Assembly: GCA_038279365.1 (NCBI GenBank)
Contig: JAYODI010000080.1
Location: 1-26,397, forward strand
Reading direction: 5' to 3'
Origin: Candidatus Latescibacterota bacterium
Lineage (GTDB): Bacteria > Latescibacterota > UBA2968
DNA length: 26,397 bases
This document shows positions 8,324 through 16,994 of this stretch, in pieces. The position numbers were made by a program, and so were the translations under genes. The notes beneath the pieces were generated by a model. The model searched no databases. It was not told where the DNA came from and saw only the letters and a list, made by a program, of their open reading frames with translations. Each line of letters opens with the position of its first letter. Position 1 is the stretch's first letter.

Positions 8324-9559
8324 ATGCCTTACGACCTGCTTCTTAAAAATGCAACAGTGATAGACCCCTCGCAAAACATCCATGGCATCTTAGATGTCGC
8401 CATACAAAATGGCAAAATTGCAGATCTTTCTCCATCCATCACAGACCCAGCCAAAGAAACCATAGACCTATCGGGCAAAGTGCTCACCCCCGGCTGGATA
8501 GACATTCATGCCCATGTTTTTGCAGGGGCCACCACGTGGGGCATTCACGCCGACGCGCTCTGTTTGGCAACAGGTGTCACCACCGTCGTAGATGCCGGCA
8601 GCCCAGGTTGGGCCAATTTCCTCGCCTTTCACGACCACATTGCCGCACCCGCCAGAACGCAAATTCTCACCTTTGTACACATCAGTGGCATTGGCCTCAC
8701 CTATGGCCCCGTGGGCGAAATGCTCGACATGAACTATGCCGATCCCGAGCGCACCGCTTATACCATTCACACCTATCCCAACATATGCGTGGGCGTCAAA
8801 GTGCGCTTGGCATCCAACTTGGTCGGTGACAATGGGGTTGAGCCCTTGCGCCAAGCCGTCAAAGCTGCCGAAATGGTCAACACCCCCGTGATGGTTCACA
8901 TGGGCGCAGGTGTTACCGTGGCCGAAACCATGGCCGAATTGCGTGCTGGTGACATCGTCACCCACTGCTATCGTGGCGATGGCGATGCCACGCTGGGCGA
9001 CACCATCTTAACCCCCCAAGGCAACATTCGTCCCGAAGTGCAACAAGCGCGCAATCAAGGCATTCTCTTCGATGTTGGACATGGCGGCGGAAGTTTCCTT
9101 TTTGAAACCGCCAAAACCGCGCTTTCACACAATTTCTTGCCCGATGTTATCAGCACAGACATTCACACCGGCTCACTCAAAGACCCCGTCCACAGCTTGC
9201 CCGAAACAGCATCCAAACTCCTCAACCTCGGCGTGTCACTTCCCGACATCGTCAAGCAAACCACCACTGCCGCCGCCAAATCCATTGGGCGCGAAGACGA
9301 ATTGGGTACCCTCAAAATAGGCACAGTTGCCGACCTCTCAGCATTTGACATACAAGAAGGAGAGTTTCAATTTCGCGATGTACGCGACAACCTTCAAATC
9401 GGACAAAAAAATATCCAACCCATTCTCACCATTCGCGCAGGCAAACCCTATCGCCCCGCAGACGTGCAAGAAGAATTGGATGAAAATATTAAACGCGCCA
9501 AAGACATGCGCGCATTGGTTTCTCGCCAATATGACAAATTAGGCTGGCACCCTCAATAA
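8324..9559 (+). CDS. Amidohydrolase/deacetylase family metallohydrolase (dihydroorotase-like, COG3964 type)
   Basis: PGWIDIHAH (HxH), GVTTVVDAGS, GVKVR (candidate carboxylated Lys), MVH, THC, DVGHG, ISTD. ATG 8324 follows AGGA. Confidence 0.9.
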   Translation: MPYDLLLKNATVIDPSQNIHGILDVAIQNGKIADLSPSITDPAKETIDLSGKVLTPGWIDIHAHVFAGATTWGIHADALCLATGVTTVVDAGSPGWANFLAFHDHIAAPARTQILTFVHISGIGLTYGPVGEMLDMNYADPERTAYTIHTYPNICVGVKVRLASNLVGDNGVEPLRQAVKAAEMVNTPVMVHMGAGVTVAETMAELRAGDIVTHCYRGDGDATLGDTILTPQGNIRPEVQQARNQGILFDVGHGGGSFLFETAKTALSHNFLPDVISTDIHTGSLKDPVHSLPETASKLLNLGVSLPDIVKQTTTAAAKSIGREDELGTLKIGTVADLSAFDIQEGEFQFRDVRDNLQIGQKNIQPILTIRAGKPYRPADVQEELDENIKRAKDMRALVSRQYDKLGWHPQ

Positions 9560-9563
9560 CAGC

Positions 9564-9593
9564 AAAGCCCCGATATTTCGATATCGGGGCTTT
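9564..9593. terminator. Bidirectional intrinsic terminator between convergent genes
   Basis: AAAGCCCCGATAT-TTCG-ATATCGGGGCTTT: 13-bp perfect stem with a 4-nt loop, immediately after the amidohydrolase stop. Confidence 0.85.
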
Positions 9594-9625
9594 ACTATGT
9601 TTCCAATCTTATGTTTTTGGCACAA

Positions 9626-10696
9626 CTAAGCTTGAAACTTTGGTTGACGCGGTGCAAAATCGCGTGCCAAGCGATATCGGCTTTCTGTAAGTGGCAAATC
9701 AACACGTGCGCCACCACGTTGATGCGATTCAATAAATGCAAAAATTAGTTCTTGATTTGCCCGTGCCAAGCGCACCCCACATCGCGTCGGGTTGCCTGTG
9801 TCTAAGGCCTGCACCAAATCTTCAATCAAACACACCGTTGAACTCGTTACATCAAAGTCTGGAAATTTGCCAGCACCCAAAACATTGCGTCCACGATGAT
9901 CTTGCCCTACCACTTCTCGCACCTGCCAGTCTTCGCCATTTAACAATGCCGTAACCACACCGTCTTTGCCCACAGCTTCCACTTCCAAGCCTCTCCCCGA
10001 ATTGAGCGCATATCCCGTCACACCATTTTCAAATTGAATAATTCCATGGCCGATCGGATCGTTCTTTAAAAGTTCACCGTCCCAGTCAACAGCACCTGAC
10101 AAATGGGCTTGCACCCAAGACACAGGAACATCCCCATTGAGTCGCATCAACAAATCAAAACAATGGCTCGCCGTATTAAAAAGCGTGCCTGTCAAATGTG
10201 TGATCACCGTTTGCAATTTGCCAACACGACCACTCTCAATCACCTGAATCATTGCATCATAACCCGTGTCCCAGCGGCGATTGGTGCCCATATTAAAAAA
10301 CACGCCATTTTTTTCACACGCCTCAACCATCGCATCGGCCTCAGCCAGAGACGCCGCCATTGCCTTTTCGGCATAAATGGCCTTCACGCCATGTTCGGCG
10401 GCATAAATCACAATATCGGCGCGGTGCTCGGGCTGCGTGGCCACACTCAAGATATCGGGTTGCTCTTGATCTATTAACGCCTTGTAATCCGTATAAAAAT
10501 GGGCCGCATCAATGCCATATCGTTCCCCCGTTTTAACCATCGCCTCTTCACGGATATCCGAACACGCTATCAGTTCTGTCCGCTCACACGCCTCATAACC
10601 TGCTGCATGCGAATAAGGTCGCCCGTGATCGACTTCATTGTCGATAAATGCACCCATCCGACTGCATCCAACCAACGCCACCCGATATGTTTTCAT
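9626..10696 (-). CDS. Gfo/Idh/MocA family oxidoreductase
   Basis: Rossmann start VALVGCSRMG, PDILSVAT...H, AEKAMA (EKP-like), NRRW, H..D. ATG 10696 follows AAAGGAG. Confidence 0.9.
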   Translation of the reverse strand: MKTYRVALVGCSRMGAFIDNEVDHGRPYSHAAGYEACERTELIACSDIREEAMVKTGERYGIDAAHFYTDYKALIDQEQPDILSVATQPEHRADIVIYAAEHGVKAIYAEKAMAASLAEADAMVEACEKNGVFFNMGTNRRWDTGYDAMIQVIESGRVGKLQTVITHLTGTLFNTASHCFDLLMRLNGDVPVSWVQAHLSGAVDWDGELLKNDPIGHGIIQFENGVTGYALNSGRGLEVEAVGKDGVVTALLNGEDWQVREVVGQDHRGRNVLGAGKFPDFDVTSSTVCLIEDLVQALDTGNPTRCGVRLARANQELIFAFIESHQRGGARVDLPLTESRYRLARDFAPRQPKFQA

Positions 10697-10706
10697 CACC
10701 ACTCCT

Positions 10707-11888
10707 TTAAAGTCGTTCCACAATAATGGCCATTCCCTGCCCCCCCCCAACACACAACGTCGCCAACCCATATTGTAATTTCCGAACATGCAAAATATGC
10801 AACAAACTCACCAATATACGTGCACCGCTGGCACCCACTGGATGCCCCAATGCTATCGCCCCACCGTTCACATTCACACAATCAACATCCAAATGCAAAG
10901 CCTGTATCACAGCCAGCGATTGCGCCGCAAAAGCTTCATTTAATTCTATCGCACCCATATCAGCCAAATTTAATTTCGCCTTTTCCAATGCACGTTGGGT
11001 CGCATCTACAGGCCCCAGGCCCATACGCATCGGCGCCAATGCAGAAGACGCCACCGACACAATACGTGCCATCGGTGTTACACCAAGATCATTCACCACA
11101 TCCGCCGCACACAAAACCATGGCCGCCGCCCCATCATTTATGCCAGAAGCATTGCCCGCCGTTACCGTGCCATCGGTCTGAAACGCGGGCTTCAACTTGG
11201 CCAACACATCCTCGGTCGTATCAGCGCGTGGATATTCATCCTCATCAAACACAATTGTATCACCTCGTCGCTGAGGAATAACCACAGGTGTGATCTCCTC
11301 CTTAAAACACCCAGAGGCAATCGCATCTCCTGCCTTTTTTTGTGAATCTGCTGCAAATGCATCTTGTGCTTTGCGATCAATACCAAACTCTTTTGCCAAT
11401 GCCTCTGCCGTAACGCCCATGTGGCAAGACAATGTCGGGTCTTCAAGGGCATCGTTCAAAATCGCATCTTTCATCACACCGTCGCCCAACCGATACCCCG
11501 AGCGTGCTTGGGCCAACAAATAAGGCGCTTGGCTCATGTTTTCCATTCCACCCGCCAACACCACATTTTGCTCACCTGAAGCAATCGACATATAGCCCAA
11601 CGCCACTGCTTTCATACCTGAAGCGCACACCTTGTTCACCGTATAGGCAGGCAAAGTCATCGGAAAACCCGCTTCCAAAACAGCTTGCCGTGCGGGATTT
11701 GGCCCTGCACCTGCCTGAATCACCTGCCCCATAATCACTTCACCAACTGCCTCCCCCCCCACACCTGCGCGTTCAACAGCAGCTTTCATCACCGTCGCAC
11801 CCAAATTGACGGCCGATACAGTAGCCAAAGAACCACTCAATTTGCCAATGGCCGTTCGATTGGCCCCAGCGATCACCACATCACGCAT
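10707..11888 (-). CDS. atoB: Acetyl-CoA C-acyltransferase (thiolase)
   Basis: NKVCASG (catalytic Cys), GGMENMS, NASGINDGAA, NEAFA, GGAIALGHPVGASG, CVGGGQG. ATG 11888 follows GGGAGG. Confidence 0.95.
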   Translation of the reverse strand: MRDVVIAGANRTAIGKLSGSLATVSAVNLGATVMKAAVERAGVGGEAVGEVIMGQVIQAGAGPNPARQAVLEAGFPMTLPAYTVNKVCASGMKAVALGYMSIASGEQNVVLAGGMENMSQAPYLLAQARSGYRLGDGVMKDAILNDALEDPTLSCHMGVTAEALAKEFGIDRKAQDAFAADSQKKAGDAIASGCFKEEITPVVIPQRRGDTIVFDEDEYPRADTTEDVLAKLKPAFQTDGTVTAGNASGINDGAAAMVLCAADVVNDLGVTPMARIVSVASSALAPMRMGLGPVDATQRALEKAKLNLADMGAIELNEAFAAQSLAVIQALHLDVDCVNVNGGAIALGHPVGASGARILVSLLHILHVRKLQYGLATLCVGGGQGMAIIVERL

Positions 11889-11889
11889 G

Positions 11890-12663
11890 TTACACCCTCC
11901 CAATCAGGTAGCGATTTGGGTCTACTTGTTCGCGCAAGACACGTAACTCATATTCACTCGGTGGTTCTGTTTCACGCACATCTTCCGCTTTGCCCATCTC
12001 AAATCCTGTTTTTTCTTGCACCTGATCAAATGACACCCCAGGGTGAAGATATTCGACTTGCATCCGTTTGGTCGCGTCATCAAAACCCATCACCCCCAAA
12101 TCGGTAATCACCCGATAAGGCCCCGTATGAGGCGGCAATCCCGCACGTTCTCTTGCACCAGGGCCATCCAAATATCCCGGCGATGTCAAAAAATCGACCC
12201 GTGCCACAAAGCGCCTCGCATCGTGTTGGGTCATCACCAACGTGTGCCAGCAAAAACTCGCAAAATCGTTGGCCCCACCACTGCCCGGAAAACGCACCTT
12301 GGGCTGCTCATAATCGCCTATCACAGTTGAGTTCAAATTGCCATACATATCAATTTGCCCACCACCCAAAAATGCATAATCCACCACACCTCGCTGACAC
12401 GCTTCCATCACATCACACATCCCTGTAGCCATTAAACCGCGATAAAACGTTCGCGAGTCACCCACAGAAATAGGCATAGACGGCAACTGTGGTGCCAAAC
12501 CGCCCGCTTCAAACATAATGTACAAATTGGGGGATCGTGTCTTTTGGGCCAACATCGCCGCTGCACAAGGACCACCCGTTCCTACGGCAACCGTTGCACC
12601 ATCATCAAGCAAACGAGACGCCACACAAATCATCAATTCCATTGCATTATAGTGTGCCACCAT
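11890..12663 (-). CDS. gctB: CoA-transferase beta subunit (glutaconate/3-oxoacid CoA-transferase GctB-like)
   Basis: VGTG, FEAG (catalytic Glu position), FLGGGQIDMYGNLNST, PGSGGAND, VITDLG, LHPGV. ATG 12663 follows GGAGG. Substrate not established. Confidence 0.85.
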   Translation of the reverse strand: MVAHYNAMELMICVASRLLDDGATVAVGTGGPCAAAMLAQKTRSPNLYIMFEAGGLAPQLPSMPISVGDSRTFYRGLMATGMCDVMEACQRGVVDYAFLGGGQIDMYGNLNSTVIGDYEQPKVRFPGSGGANDFASFCWHTLVMTQHDARRFVARVDFLTSPGYLDGPGARERAGLPPHTGPYRVITDLGVMGFDDATKRMQVEYLHPGVSFDQVQEKTGFEMGKAEDVRETEPPSEYELRVLREQVDPNRYLIGRV

Positions 12664-13654
12664 CACCTCCCACATTCAGCTCTTGTGCACGCAAAAATGC
12701 CATGTGTGATTCACCGCCACACAATTCTAAATACTCGGCAAAATCAGACACACCATAAATATATTTATTTAAAAATGTATCATATGCGACTTCATCCCCC
12801 TCAACCGTCATCCACATTTTCAAATGATTTTCATCCGAAAAATATTCACCCGGCATGTTGCCCGGATAAGACCCAAATGGAACTTCACAAACCGCGTCCA
12901 CACAAAATGATGGAATCACTGTCTCATAAGGTCTTTCGCGAATGGCATCGGTACTTACAATTTTTTCAGTGGTCACAATCACCCGCTTGGAGGCGCGTGC
13001 CAATTCCAAATCGGCCATCGTAATGCCATGAATACGACAGTTGCCCAAACAATCACTTTCGTGAACATGGATCACCGACACATCTGGGTGCAAAGCCGGT
13101 ACGGCCACAATCTTCTGCGCTGTAAACGGACACATGATTTCTTTGGCGGCACTGTGTTCAAATGTATCGGTGCCAAACATATTTCGCATAGGCAAAAACG
13201 ACACCCCCATTGCTGCGGCTTGAAAGCGACACGCCAAGGCATAATTGGTCCATTCACAAACCTCTACCTCGCCACTTTGCATCATCCGCCGTGCTTGAGG
13301 CGACAAACCACGCGCTTCCAAACCCACAATATACGCCGCATCCACACGCGCCAATAATTTTTCACCGTGCCGATTGCCTGCCGCCAAAATCTGAAAATCG
13401 TGTGTGGTGGTATGTCCTGCAAAACCCAAGTTGTGTTTCTTCTGCCGAACAATTTCATGCAATGCCGCTGTTGCAATGCGGTTGGTTCCAAATCCTCCCG
13501 AGCCCAAATAATCGCCATCATGTACAAAACGCGAAACCGCCTCTCTTACAGACATCACCTTGTCGGTGAGGGCCACTTTTTTTGTGCGAAAAAATGCCCG
13601 TGCCGCATCAGGGTCTGGGTGTATAAACAAAGGGCCTTTTCCCAACCTATTCAT
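12647..13654 (-). CDS. gctA: CoA-transferase alpha subunit (GctA-like)
   Basis: DKVMSVREAV..FVHDGD, GGF, AAAMGVSFLP, PDVSVIHVHESD..GN, ASKRVIVTTE, VPFGSYP. ATG 13654 overlaps the stop of the upstream gene. Confidence 0.85.
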   Translation of the reverse strand: MNRLGKGPLFIHPDPDAARAFFRTKKVALTDKVMSVREAVSRFVHDGDYLGSGGFGTNRIATAALHEIVRQKKHNLGFAGHTTTHDFQILAAGNRHGEKLLARVDAAYIVGLEARGLSPQARRMMQSGEVEVCEWTNYALACRFQAAAMGVSFLPMRNMFGTDTFEHSAAKEIMCPFTAQKIVAVPALHPDVSVIHVHESDCLGNCRIHGITMADLELARASKRVIVTTEKIVSTDAIRERPYETVIPSFCVDAVCEVPFGSYPGNMPGEYFSDENHLKMWMTVEGDEVAYDTFLNKYIYGVSDFAEYLELCGGESHMAFLRAQELNVGGDGGTL

Positions 13655-14594
13655 CGCCACCCTCGCGCTTAAGCACATCCAAAAAACCAAGCAACACACG
13701 ATCTCTTCGCGCCAAAAACTTTGCCAATTCATCACCCGAATATTTGTAAAACCCTTCACCCGTTTTGGCCCCCAGCTTACCCTGTGCCACCAAATCTTTC
13801 AACACAGATGAAGCACCCTGCTCGGAACTGAGTTCTGCACACAAATATTCACTGATCGCATGAAACACATCTAAACCACCCAAATCGGCAGTTCGCAAAG
13901 GGCCCAACAACCCATATCGCAAACCCGGACCAGCCGTCATGGCCAAATCAATATCTTCCGGTGAAGCAACCCCCAGTGCCACCAAGTGCAACGCTTCGCG
14001 CACCACAGCATACTGCAACCGATTGCCCACAAAACCAGGGATATCATGCTGAACCAAAATCGGCTTTTTACCCAATGATTTACAAACCTGCATCATGTGT
14101 TCTGCCGTTGCGTCAGATGTCCGTTTGCCTTTTGTAACCTCCACCAATGGCACCACATGAGGTGGGTTCCAAAAGTGCACACCCACTACTTTTTCTGGCC
14201 GTTGTGTTGCCGATGCAATTTCCGAAATCGACAATCCAGAGGTATTCGATGCCAGTATTGTATCTGATAAACAGAATTTATCAAACTTTTCAAACATCTC
14301 TTTTTTCATGACCATATTCTCAGGAACGGCTTCAATCAGCATACCCACCTCAGAACACGCCTTTTCCAAGTCGGTTGTAACTTGCACACTTGCCAGGGCC
14401 GATGTGGCCTGTTCCAAAGACACATGTCCCACATCCAGTAAAGTTTGTTGTGCATGTTTTAAACTTTGTAAGCCTTTTTCCAAAGCCCCTTCATGCGTAT
14501 CGACCAGCACCACACGATATCCACCACGCGCAAATTCACCAGCAATACCTGCGCCCATCAAACCCGCACCAATCACCGCAACCAAATCATTCAT
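13647..14594 (-). CDS. 3-hydroxyacyl-CoA dehydrogenase family protein
   Basis: GAGLMG, EAVPE...K, SNTSGL, HFWNPP, PGFVGNRLQ, LGAKTGEGFY. ATG 14594 follows AGGAGG. Confidence 0.9.
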   Translation of the reverse strand: MNDLVAVIGAGLMGAGIAGEFARGGYRVVLVDTHEGALEKGLQSLKHAQQTLLDVGHVSLEQATSALASVQVTTDLEKACSEVGMLIEAVPENMVMKKEMFEKFDKFCLSDTILASNTSGLSISEIASATQRPEKVVGVHFWNPPHVVPLVEVTKGKRTSDATAEHMMQVCKSLGKKPILVQHDIPGFVGNRLQYAVVREALHLVALGVASPEDIDLAMTAGPGLRYGLLGPLRTADLGGLDVFHAISEYLCAELSSEQGASSVLKDLVAQGKLGAKTGEGFYKYSGDELAKFLARRDRVLLGFLDVLKREGGDE

Positions 14595-14605
14595 CAAACA
14601 CCCTC

Positions 14606-15373
14606 CTAAATCGCTGTCCAACCGCCATCCACCAACAAGGTATGCCCAGTAATCAAACTCGCCGCAGGGCTGGCCAAAAACACCACCGCCCCCACCACAT
14701 CTTCTGGTTGCCCCACACGCCCCAACGGAATACGTTGCAACAAATCTGCACGAATATCTGGATCATCAAATGTCGATTGGGTCAATGGCGTTAACACAAA
14801 GGTCGGTCCCACAGCATTCACATTAATTTTGTGTTGTGCCCACTCCAAAGCCAACACCCGCGTCAGGTTCACCACCCCCGCCTTGCTTGAACAATATGCC
14901 GCACGTTTGTAATACCCTATCACGCCATTTTGTGAAGCCACATTCACAATTTTTCCACCACCCGTTTTCACCATTTCGCGTGCCACCCGTTGCGACATAA
15001 AAAACAAACCCTTCAAATTCACATCCACCACACCATCCCAATCGGCCTCCGTTACATCAAGTGCATCTTTGGGGATGTTGACACCTGCATTATTGACCAA
15101 CACATCCACCCGACCAAATGCTTTTATCGCCTCAGACACAGCCGCATCAATGCTTGCCAAATTGGGCAATTGCAACGGAACAGGCAACGCGCGTTTTCCC
15201 AATGCACGAACTTCTTCACACACGTCATGCAAATCATCCAGCTTATTGGGCAACTCACATACCACACAATCAGCCCCAGATTCAGCAGCAGCAATGGCCA
15301 CAGCACGTCCAATGCCCGAACCAGCCCCCGTAACCATAACCACGTTGTCATCCAATCGCATACTTGGCAACAT
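14606..15373 (-). CDS. Short-chain dehydrogenase/reductase (KduD/gluconate 5-dehydrogenase-like)
   Basis: [42 protein letters not shown] 15373 follows AGGAG. Confidence 0.92.
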   Translation of the reverse strand: MLPSMRLDDNVVMVTGAGSGIGRAVAIAAAESGADCVVCELPNKLDDLHDVCEEVRALGKRALPVPLQLPNLASIDAAVSEAIKAFGRVDVLVNNAGVNIPKDALDVTEADWDGVVDVNLKGLFFMSQRVAREMVKTGGGKIVNVASQNGVIGYYKRAAYCSSKAGVVNLTRVLALEWAQHKINVNAVGPTFVLTPLTQSTFDDPDIRADLLQRIPLGRVGQPEDVVGAVVFLASPAASLITGHTLLVDGGWTAI

Positions 15374-15383
15374 AAAACAACTC

Positions 15384-16838
15384 CTACGCTTGCCCTCTAA
15401 AATCACGCCAAAAACGCATCACCAATGACCATGCCAAAAATCGTATGCCAAGCCCATAAAGCCCCCCACCAACCACACCCCCCACAACCAAAACAAGCAA
15501 TGGATCATGCCCCATCAATGGCTTCAAAAACCACAAAACCCCTCCCAACAAACAAGCAATTAGAGCAGGACGGGTTAATGCGCTCAAATAATCAGTCCAC
15601 GAAAGCGCAATCAATTTATTCACAAGAAATTGTGTCACAATCATTGCAAGAAATGACAGTATAGCAATCACAACCGCGATGCCATCTAAGCCATATTGCA
15701 CACCATAAAACAAGGCAGGCACAAACACAATCAAATTTATGACTGTCCACCGAAAAGACCAATGCGCTTTGCCCTTTGCCAAAAAAACAGATCCCACAAC
15801 CGTGCCCACAGACTTTAACATACCTGCAATAATCAACAACTGCAAAACTTGTAAAACCGACGCCATTTCTTTGCCTTTAATCACCCACAAAAATTCAGGT
15901 GCAAATACAAACGCACTGGCCAAAATGGGCCAAGCGCCCAATGCAATCATACCCACAGTACGCAAATAAGCACGCCCCAAAACAGCATCGTCATCTTGCA
16001 CTTTGGCAAAAGCCGGAAAACACACACGTGTCAAAATTTGCCCCGCGCGCGTTAAAGGCATCATTGTATATTGATACGCAAATGTATACAACGCATTGGC
16101 TACTGGCCCAAGCAAAATAAAAACAAAATACACTTTGTCGAGATTGTTGTTGACATAGTTCACCAAGTTGGCCCCCGTTACATTCAACCCAAACCCCAAC
16201 AATTGTCGCAAAGCTGTCCACTTAAATATCAAATGCGGCATCCATCTGGCCGACAACCAAAGACTGATGAGCAACACGAACTCACGCAACACAGAATTCC
16301 AAACCGCACTTTCAATACCGTATTCAAAAAACAACAAAAAAAGCCCACCCACCGCCGCCAACACAACGGATGCAATTTCGCTGATTGCAATAGATCGAAA
16401 TTGTAAATCACGTGCCAAGCGTGCACGTATCACACCCGATACAGAAGCCGCAGGAATGATCAACGCCATCGGTTTTAACACCCTTACAAATGCCGTTCCA
16501 TCCACGTCAGTTGCCCATGCAGATAACCACACACCCAACCATTCTGCATAAACAACAAGCCCTGCGTACAATCCCAACCCCAATAACAAACACGCCCAAA
16601 AAGATGTGCTAAATTGTGCCTCGGTAGCATCCTGAAATTTTACCAACGCATCATTTAACCCCAATGCACTGATCAACGGCAAAAACAACACAATGCGTTG
16701 TGCCCATGTAAAATAGCCCATATCCTCTAAGGCCAAGACCTTAAAAAAAATAAGCGTGACCACCAACTGAACAACAATGCCTCCACCCGTCCAAAATGCC
16801 CCACGCACCGCACGTGTTGCCAACGATTGTTCACCCAC
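15384..16838 (-). CDS. Wzx/PST-family polysaccharide flippase (MOP superfamily, WzxC-like)
   Basis: [37 protein letters not shown]...[14 protein letters not shown], about 12-14 hydrophobic segments. GTG 16838 follows GAGGA (ORF track start 16853). Confidence 0.85.
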   Translation of the reverse strand: MGEQSLATRAVRGAFWTGGGIVVQLVVTLIFFKVLALEDMGYFTWAQRIVLFLPLISALGLNDALVKFQDATEAQFSTSFWACLLLGLGLYAGLVVYAEWLGVWLSAWATDVDGTAFVRVLKPMALIIPAASVSGVIRARLARDLQFRSIAISEIASVVLAAVGGLFLLFFEYGIESAVWNSVLREFVLLISLWLSARWMPHLIFKWTALRQLLGFGLNVTGANLVNYVNNNLDKVYFVFILLGPVANALYTFAYQYTMMPLTRAGQILTRVCFPAFAKVQDDDAVLGRAYLRTVGMIALGAWPILASAFVFAPEFLWVIKGKEMASVLQVLQLLIIAGMLKSVGTVVGSVFLAKGKAHWSFRWTVINLIVFVPALFYGVQYGLDGIAVVIAILSFLAMIVTQFLVNKLIALSWTDYLSALTRPALIACLLGGVLWFLKPLMGHDPLLVLVVGGVVGGGLYGLGIRFLAWSLVMRFWRDFRGQA

Positions 16839-16917
16839 AATAGGATTCCTCAATGTGTTTCAAATAAAAAACGTTTCCTACAAAAACCATACACATAGAT
16901 TTATACCGCCATGACTT

Positions 16918-16951
16918 AAAAAACCAAAGCCCTGCATGGGCAGGGCTTTGG
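16918..16951 (-). terminator. Intrinsic terminator after the DUF6785-like gene
   Basis: On the - strand CCAAAGCCCTGC-CCAT-GCAGGGCTTTGG followed by T6; 12-bp perfect stem. Confidence 0.85.
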
Positions 16952-16994
16952 ATATATTTCATCTTATGACAATCTCTTTCATTTAAACCAAGGT

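Noticed and set aside
8324..9559. Dihydroorotase pyrC
   Set aside because: Motifs (DAGS, DVGHG, STD) fit the COG3964 deacetylase-like group and there are no pyr genes nearby.
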